Shown here: positions 56,660 to 64,000 of the stretch, one piece after another
Position numbering within the stretch: position 1 is the stretch's first letter
Layout: every line of letters starts with the position of its first letter
Made by a program: the position numbers and the translations under genes
Assembly (NCBI GenBank): GCA_012295275.1
Contig: CM022678.1
Span: forward strand, 8,928,001-8,992,000
Source: Chrysomallon squamiferum
Lineage: Eukaryota; Animalia; Mollusca
Length of the DNA stretch: 64,000 nt
Direction of reading: 5' to 3'
The notes under the pieces: model-generated
Seen by the model: only the letters and a program-made list of their open reading frames with translations
Told to the model about the DNA's origin: nothing
The model's database searches: none

Positions 56660-58348
56660 ATTGCTATTTTCCGTATTATTATTCAGGTCTGTCAAGAAAG
56701 GGAATTTACATCATGGAGAAGGATGAATCACCAGTTACAGAAACCATTCTTATGTAGACTTCACCATTCTGAGATGTGAGTTTTTTATTTTGTTTTTGTG
56801 TCTTACTCTTAGAGTAAAATAATTTTTGTAGCAACTCTTTATTGATTATAAAACAGTGTAATAAAATTCACTTATTTGCTATTGTTTTGTAATCAGTTTA
56901 ATATTATAATAATTATGTTACATTATTTATTAATAACAAAGTATATTGAAGATATCCCACAGCCCACTTTGTCTGAATAAAATAGTTAAATTTAAATTTT
57001 GATAATAACAGAAGTATTAGTTATTTATTTATAACTGCTTAGTTATTATTTTTATTATTATTTTATTTCTTTTTTCTTTTAGAATGTACATATAGCTCTA
57101 ATTGATGCGCTGATGTTGGCATATGCCAGTGAAGTTGTTTCAGAAGAATGTGCTGTCTCGGCCATCAGGTATGCTGTTGTTTTTGTTTATTTATTTATTT
57201 ATATTTATTATCTTGTTAAATATTAAAATTTGAAATTTTTTTTTTTTTTATTAAACTGAGTTAGTTTGACTCTGTCAAAGTTGATTTACTTTTCTTCCTT
57301 TTATATTTTGGTAAATTATATTTCAGTTAAAGCTGAGGTATAGTTAAAGTATTCATTTTTCTACTTTGATTATTAAATGATAGCTGAAAAGAAGGTGAAT
57401 GATTATGATGATTGCAGTTAAACATGCAAATGTATGAATGTATGAGAGAAAGAGAGAGGATTAAGGAATGGAGAGACAGGGAGAGAGAGAAGGAGAATGA
57501 TATTTGGGGTGCATGTTTTGTATAATTTATCATATAGCATAAAGAGACCTCATACTTTAAATCCAACATTTTGAACAAGCAATTTTAAAACTTTCAGACA
57601 AATTACAACTTTTAACACATCCAGTGAACTTCCATCAGTCACTGAGGACACAATTATAGTCTGCTTAAATAAAGTTTGTACTGCTGCATTGTTTTTAATT
57701 TGAGTTGTTTTTATTTAAATATTTCTCATTGTTCTAAACATAATTAAGTTTAATTTAATTTAATGCAGGAGATTGCAGTTTGTTAATAATATATCAGTAG
57801 GTAGACATGCACATACACACAAATTACATTAGTATCTTGTAAACACACAGTACACTTTTTACCATGTACATTTGTCAGGCACACTCACATTCCTATAATT
57901 ACATTCATATAAATATGATTATTTTGTTGTAAATTTCTATATTATAAAACAAAAGAAGAAGACAAGAAGCATCATATTTTAAAATGTTTAACTTTCCTGT
58001 TACCAGATTGGAACTGCCAGCCCTTCAGACAGTGTGACTGTTCCTGTGATGACAGACATACTAAAAGACATATGAGACATATGTACAGTAGCTGTTGTCT
58101 GTCGTCTCTGTTGTCTGAAGTGTCTCAGTTTTCATGGTTTGTTAAATAACACATTTTTTTTGTAAATAAAAAGTATGAATCACATGGTAACTTTAAATTT
58201 AGCATAAAGTAAATTTATGAATCTTAATATCTAGTTAAAAGAGGATGGGGTTTTGGGGCGCTTTTTGATTTTATATTTCATAATCAACAAAATTCATATT
58301 TTATTATTAGGTTTTTTTTTTTTTTTTTTGGTTTTGAATATAATTTGT

Positions 58349-58436
<88 letters not shown>

Positions 58437-58773
58437 GTCTGTCTGTCAGTTATCACATCCTTTTCATCCTCCTTAACCTCTTTTACTGTGTTATTAAATA
58501 TTAATTGCCTCATTGTTGTTTATTTTTTCTTCAGATATATGTTTGAAAGATGGGTTAGGAATAGCTAATTCTTTACATAATCTACGCCTCACCAAAACAT
58601 TCTGTGAACGGCATCTTCCATCAACTTTTTCCATTTCACCTACGAGGATCTCCTGTACACACGAGACAGTATACGAGAAAACCTCTTAGCCTTTCTCACA
58701 GAGCTGTTCTTCTGGTTTGAAATGATAAAACTGACAGAGACAGGACAGCTGCTGAATGGTCAGGAAGCAGAAA
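56660..58773 (+). pseudogene. CAMSAP: CAMSAP/Patronin N-terminal CH-domain exons, copy C (most complete)
   Basis: Five colinear exons: ~56660-56775 LSRKGIYIMEKDESPVTETILM*TSPF*D; 57083-57168 NVHIALIDALMLAYASEVVSEECAVSAIR; 57598-~57690 QITTFNTSSELPSVTEDTIIVCLNKV; ~58006-58137 VPVMTDILKDI*D; 58535-58773 DICLK...FTYEDLLY...LAFLTELFFWFE. These match CAMSAP1 LSRKGIYVME / AHMAMVDALMMAY / DICLKE...EDMLY...FIAELFWWFE as recalled. Stops and frameshifts are present. Confidence 0.92.
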
Positions 58774-58899
58774 GTAAGTTTTGTGAGAGTTTTTAATTAC
58801 ATTGCAAGTCCACAATTGAATTGTATCTTTTATTAAATGAATTTATGAAATTTATTATTGTACTGGAAACATTGGGATTTTGTCATATTCAGTTTTAGT

Positions 58900-59820
58900 G
58901 TTTATACTGGAGGGGTGTAGCAATACTGATATAAAAAGAATGTCTTTATAAGTTTACCTTTAATAGTAGTTGTGACACTGAAGGCAGGATTTTAAAAGTG
59001 AATGCTAAAATAGATGATGATGAACATAGTTTTACAAGTGTATATGCACCAAATAATATTGCAGAAAATATTTTATTTTTAAATGATTATGTAAATTTGT
59101 GGATTTTTAAAATACATCAATGACAGGAGATTTTAATGTAATTTTAGATCCTAATTTAGATTTAGGCATTAATAATAAAACTTTCAGTATGAAAAGTGGT
59201 AATAAATTACAGATATTTATAATTATAATTTAGTTGATATTTGGTGACACAGAAATCCAGATAAAAGACAATTTACTAGATCTCAAATTGTTGAAAAAAC
59301 TATAAATCAGTCAAGAATTGATTTTTTTTTAATTTTTAGAAATTTATTACAGTTTATGAGTAATGTGTACATATCCTATACCTCAGTTAGTGATTACAAT
59401 TTATTATCACTTGAAACAGATTTTTCTCGTGTAGAGAGGTGAAGGTATTTGGATTTTTAATAATGAATTGTTGAAAGATGAACTTTTTTGTAAAGCTCTT
59501 GTTGAAGTAATTAATAATGCTTCTGAGTGTCATTTGTTACAAACTGAACCTGTTCTTTGATCAAATAACTTAAAATATAAAACATTTTGCACTAAATAAG
59601 AGAAAATTAGTCAACGAGAAATACTGTTACATACAAAATGCTTTAAAATGAGAATATCCTAAACTAGCTGTAAATAAGCATCATGATTTGAGTAACATAC
59701 AAAGAAGAAAAGCTAAAATTAATTGAGAAATTTAGTGTAATGGTGGTATTGTAGTTAGAAAAATGGAAGATATATTAGAATATGCTTATGAATTTTATTC
59801 AAAATTATTTACACTAAAAA
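58900..59820 (+). mobile_element. L1/Tx1-clade endonuclease relic, mirror copy
   Basis: Reverse complement of 36150-36960; it extends further to MEDILEYAYEFYSKLF (the L1 ORF2 I....FY..L motif). Confidence 0.88.
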
Positions 59821-59917
59821 ATGTATGTACTGTTTTAATTTTAATTATTTTTGTACAACCATTGATTATATCAATAAAATTTGAAAAAAAAAGAGTTTGT
59901 AGCAAATGTTTGTTGTG

Positions 59918-60350
59918 TTCCAGGATCAGTCCTGCATGGAGGACTAATAATGTTATTTCCCAATCTAGCTCTTGATCTGTGCCTGAGATACCTAAGAAAA
60001 TATATATGTTGTTGGTTTTTTCTGGGGGGGGTTTCTGTGGAAAGACGTATACTAAAAATAGATTCTTAGTGGCTTGTTTAAAAAAGGTGTTACTTCATAT
60101 TGCAGAAACAGGTTTTCTTTTTCATTAGCTGTATTGTTATTTACCTTTTATGATAAAGGTTCCAGGATCAGTCCTCATGGAGGACTAGTAATGTTATTTC
60201 CCAATCTAGCTGCTGATGTGTGATATATCATAGTAAATGATTTTTTTCTTGGGTTTTTTTCTGTGGAAAGATATTAGTAGAAATATATGTTTAGTTGCTT
60301 TTCAGAAAAGGTGTCACTTCATTAGCTGTTTCGTTATTTACCTTTTAAGA
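59918..60350. repeat. ~240-bp diverged tandem duplication
   Basis: GTTCCAGGATCAGTCCT(G)CATGGAGGACTA.TAATGTTATTTCCCAATCTAGCT at ~59918 and ~60159. Confidence 0.8.
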
Positions 60351-60604
60351 TAAAAAGAGCTAGTAAAAAAAAACATGGTGTATGTTCTTAAATAAAATAT
60401 TTCTTCTTTATTTCAGATTTGTTGCATTTTAGGTGAATTTATGTTTATCAATTATCAGGTTATAATGACATATGTTTAAAAGATACTGATTTTTCAACAA
60501 ACATTCATTTGTATCAGTAAATGGATTGATATACATATAACACTAAATAATGTTACTAACAAAAAAACTAAAAAATTAAATTATCTTTGTTTTTACTTTT
60601 TCAG

Positions 60605-62470
60605 ACACATACCACCAAACAGACAAGTGTTGTTATCTAAACATCAGAATGGGACAAATATACAGCCAGTAGAACAGACAGAGAAATTTCTCAACAAACT
60701 GGTATGAAACACAGACATTAACTTACCTGTTTAAATATCAACTTACATTCTTCTCAGTTATGTATTGGTAATATATTCTCAATACAAAGAATAAGAAAAG
60801 CAGATTAGAACAAGGAGAGTCCATAATAACAAGTAAAGTAATTGTAGTATACAAATAGTTTGATAACTTAGCAAGGAGAGTCATAATAATAAGTAAAGTA
60901 ATTGTAGTATACAAATAGCTTGATAACTTAGCAAGGAGAGTCACAATAATAAGTAAAGTAATTGTAGTATACAAATAGCTTGATAACTTATCAAGGAGAG
61001 TCCATAATAATAAGTAAAATAATTGTAGTATACAAATAGCTTGATAACTTAGCAAGGAGAGTCTATAATAATAAGTAAAGTAATTGTAGTATGCAAATAG
61101 CTTGATAAGTTAGTATTCTTCCATATTTCCATGCTTCTATTACCATTGTTTTATTTCTTTTTAGCTAATATTTGTACTAGAGGTAATCAAATCCATTTCT
61201 TGTTTTGTTTTCAACTTGCAAGAATATGGTCTGCTTTGTTTTGTTTTGATTTCAAAGTTTTAAACATTAATTTTGTCACCCCTTAGTTTTTAATATAATT
61301 TGATGATTCTAAGAATTCAGAATATTTATAATTTAGTTATTTCAAAAAAAAAATTATTTCAGAATAAAACATTAGTTATTATATACGTATCTGTCAGAGA
61401 AATATTTTATATATCTACAGATAAATAAATAAATAAATAAATGAATAAATGTCTGCTGTTTTTCAGAAACTGCTTGGTACACAAGATGAGCTAATTCTGT
61501 GAGCTCACCACAGCAGAGAAATGTCATCAAAGAATCTGTACTAACCTGGAAGAAACAGGAGCATCTGCAGAGGTTGTTGTTGTTGTTATAGTAATATTAA
61601 TAATAGTAGTACAACCCACTGTTGTAGTAGTGTAGTTGTTATAGCATTAGTACTTAATAATAATAGTGCTTGTTTGTAGTAATAGGTGATATTTTAGCCA
61701 ATGATGCTTTGTGATCATAATGTATCTCGTGTGACTAATAGTCAGAAAAATACTAGCTGTAGTCATAGTACTAGTTGTAGTAGTAGTAGTAGTAGTTATT
61801 TTGGTTTTGTTGTAGTAATTATAACAATAACAGTATAAAATAATAGATTTCTTGTTGAATTGTGGGAAAAAGAAAGAAAACTGATTAATGCTTTATTTTA
61901 TATTTTATTTGTTTGTTTGTTTGTTTTTGTTTGTTTGTTTATTTACTTATTTAATATTAGATCCAGTATTTTATTGATCGATTGATTGATTGATTTGTTT
62001 ATTTATTTATTTATCTACTCAGATGAGGCACCCACCAATCAGAATCAGACCAGTGAGTTGTCCACTTTCTTGGTTAATGTCGTGTCAAAGTTTTGCCGAT
62101 GAGCAGCTCAATTTTGGTGACCTTGAGCCCCACAGACACTGCAGCCGACCATGTTGAACTACAGCGATTCTGACAGCAAGATGTTGAAGAGTGTCACACC
62201 AGGTGACCAATCTCAACAGTTAAATGTCAGTGATCATGGAGAAAAACTTGAACCTTTAATGTCAGCTGAGCTAAAACCAGGCAAAGAAAAACACTTAAAT
62301 CATTCAAAAGCAGAGGAAAGAGACGAGACTCCCAGAAAGAGGACAACATCTCCAACAAAGCCTAGGAAACCTCCTCAAACATCACCCGTCACAGCTGATG
62401 TATTTACAGTCAAGGGGAGATAACTGGAAGCCACTGTTTCTCTGAATCCCAACACCAGATGAACCAGTAA
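60605..62470 (+). pseudogene. Probable downstream CAMSAP exons of copy C
   Basis: AG/GT-bounded pieces at ~60605-60701, 61466-61572 (ANSVSSPQQRNVIKESVLTWKKQ, cf. RSNSL...AW) and 62022-62466. The last is paralogous to 22915-23100, which runs into the CC1 lead-in. Confidence 0.55.
60810..61112. repeat. 60-bp minisatellite (~5 copies)
   Basis: Unit AAGGAGAGTCATAATAATAAGTAAAGTAATTGTAGTATACAAATAGCTTGATAACTTAGC. Confidence 0.95.
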
Positions 62471-64000
62471 GTGTCATTTCAGTGTCTGATACTCCACTAA
62501 CAAAGAAAATGTATTGGTTTATTAAATAATATGTATATTTGTTCATTTACACAGGATTAGAATTTCCTGGTGTATGTTTCTGTAATATGAAAAGTAAAGT
62601 AATGTATGATCTCTAAAATTTCAAATAGTAGAGAAATAATTGTCTTATAGTCAGGAAATTTTAGATTTTTATTGTTAAAAAGGTTATTTAAATATTTTAT
62701 GTTGAGAAATATATAATTAGATAAAACTTTTTAACTATAACCATTTATTTTATTTGTATTCATGTATTTTGTTATATGCTTATACAACTCAATTTTTTCT
62801 ATGTTCAGTATTTCAGAAACTGTGACTGCTTGTTGCTGAAAGTGGAAATCCCTCTTCAGCATTTTGATGTGCTATTGGTGATGTGATGTCTTTTCTGATT
62901 TATTTTTTCTTTTCATAGATTCCAATTTTGTTTTATCAAAAAGAAACCTGTGAGGATTATCTAAAACAGCTGAAATCACTTTCCTCTGGTATGTAGCAAC
63001 AGTTTTATTTCTCTCTAACTTTTATAAGGAATTTAATGTATTTATGAAATAATTAAGTAGCCTAAAATTGTCACGTATTGGGGAAAATAATTAAAAAATG
63101 AAAAGAAAAAATCATGAAAAAAATCTTTATTATTAGACAGGGTCCTTCATTAAATGGATTATTTATTTATTTATGATTTCAGTTTATTGTTTTTCTTGTT
63201 ACTGTCATCATTATTATTATTATAACTTATTTATCTGTTTTTAATCATCATTATCATTATTGTTATTTACATTTTATTATTGTTATTATTATAAACATTT
63301 GTTTTATGGCTTCTGTGATGATGGCTAAATATGATTGTTTTTAAAATTTCAGTGTATCACATATTTTTGTAATTTCACACAGTTCTCTGGTGTGAGACAC
63401 TACAAGTCTACCTGACTGTGAAGATTTCTGGTGAAACATTGGCTGACTACAATCTGAACAAACTGGAGGAAGGATCCCAGCTCTGTTATAAAATCTTCAT
63501 TTACATCAGGTACTGCCCTTTTTATTACACCTTGTTGTATTTGATTTAGATTATTGAGAAAAATGGTTTTAATGTTATTCTATTGACAAAGATAACAGTA
63601 AAATGATAGCAGCAATTCATCTGGTGACACAACATTTATGAATGTTGTATTTTGATACAGATTTTAAAAATAGTTTTAACATAAAATATTATAAATGGCT
63701 GTTTATTTTTATTATTTCTTTGTTATTCTTATTATCTCATTTAAAAGGGTATACCTGTCCAATCAAAGAATTAGTTTTTAATTGTGTTCATGACAGTAAC
63801 TTGCTTTTCAAAAGAAAAGTGAATTTTTGCAATTATAATATATTGGGTTTTAGAGTCAACTGTTAATTGAGATATTTCACATTCCACTGTGCATGTGCCC
63901 ATTGCCGGGTAATTCAAGGATGCAAATTGTGAGATCTTGGCAAAATAGCCCTACTTGCAAATTGGTGGGCAAAACCAATCATTCTGTAATGGGAGGCCAC

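Larger units (their letters stand above)
50565..61795. repeat. Right arm of large inverted segmental duplication
   Basis: Reverse complement of 34490-43631, with arm-specific insertions (55020-55960, 56400-56780, 60810-61110). Confidence 0.95.

Noticed and set aside
60170-60188. Helitron 3' hairpin plus CTAG (AGTCCTC-ATG-GAGGACT-AG)
   Set aside because: The CTAG overlaps the stem instead of lying ~10 nt downstream, and homology between the two local copies continues past it.
56660-62470. Functional CAMSAP gene
   Set aside because: It has in-frame stops (TAG, TGA), frameshifts and missing exons, and no CKK domain is present in the window.

Overview
AT-rich animal genomic DNA, probably an invertebrate such as a mollusc (inferred from repeat types and composition), with one N-gap at 43632-43831. 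I see no intact protein-coding gene and no RNA gene. Most ORFs in the supplied track are microsatellite or satellite read-throughs. The main structure is a roughly 27-kb inverted duplication (left arm ~34490-43631, right arm ~50565-61795). Each arm carries, head-to-head, an intron-containing, decayed N-terminal fragment of CAMSAP/Patronin (CH-domain exons) and a set of decayed EGF/cbEGF exons, plus an L1/Tx1 endonuclease remnant. Older CAMSAP fragments, including the CC1 coiled-coil exon, lie at 20.2-23.2 kb and 35.5 kb. I found no CKK-domain exon. The window also holds a ZNF862-like hAT transposase relic, two CR1/L2-group LINE relics, a TA-flanked MITE, an 8-bp-TSD hAT-type MITE, and many tandem repeats, two of which have a visible single-copy origin. 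Protein assignments come from manual translation and remembered family motifs; no database searches were run.
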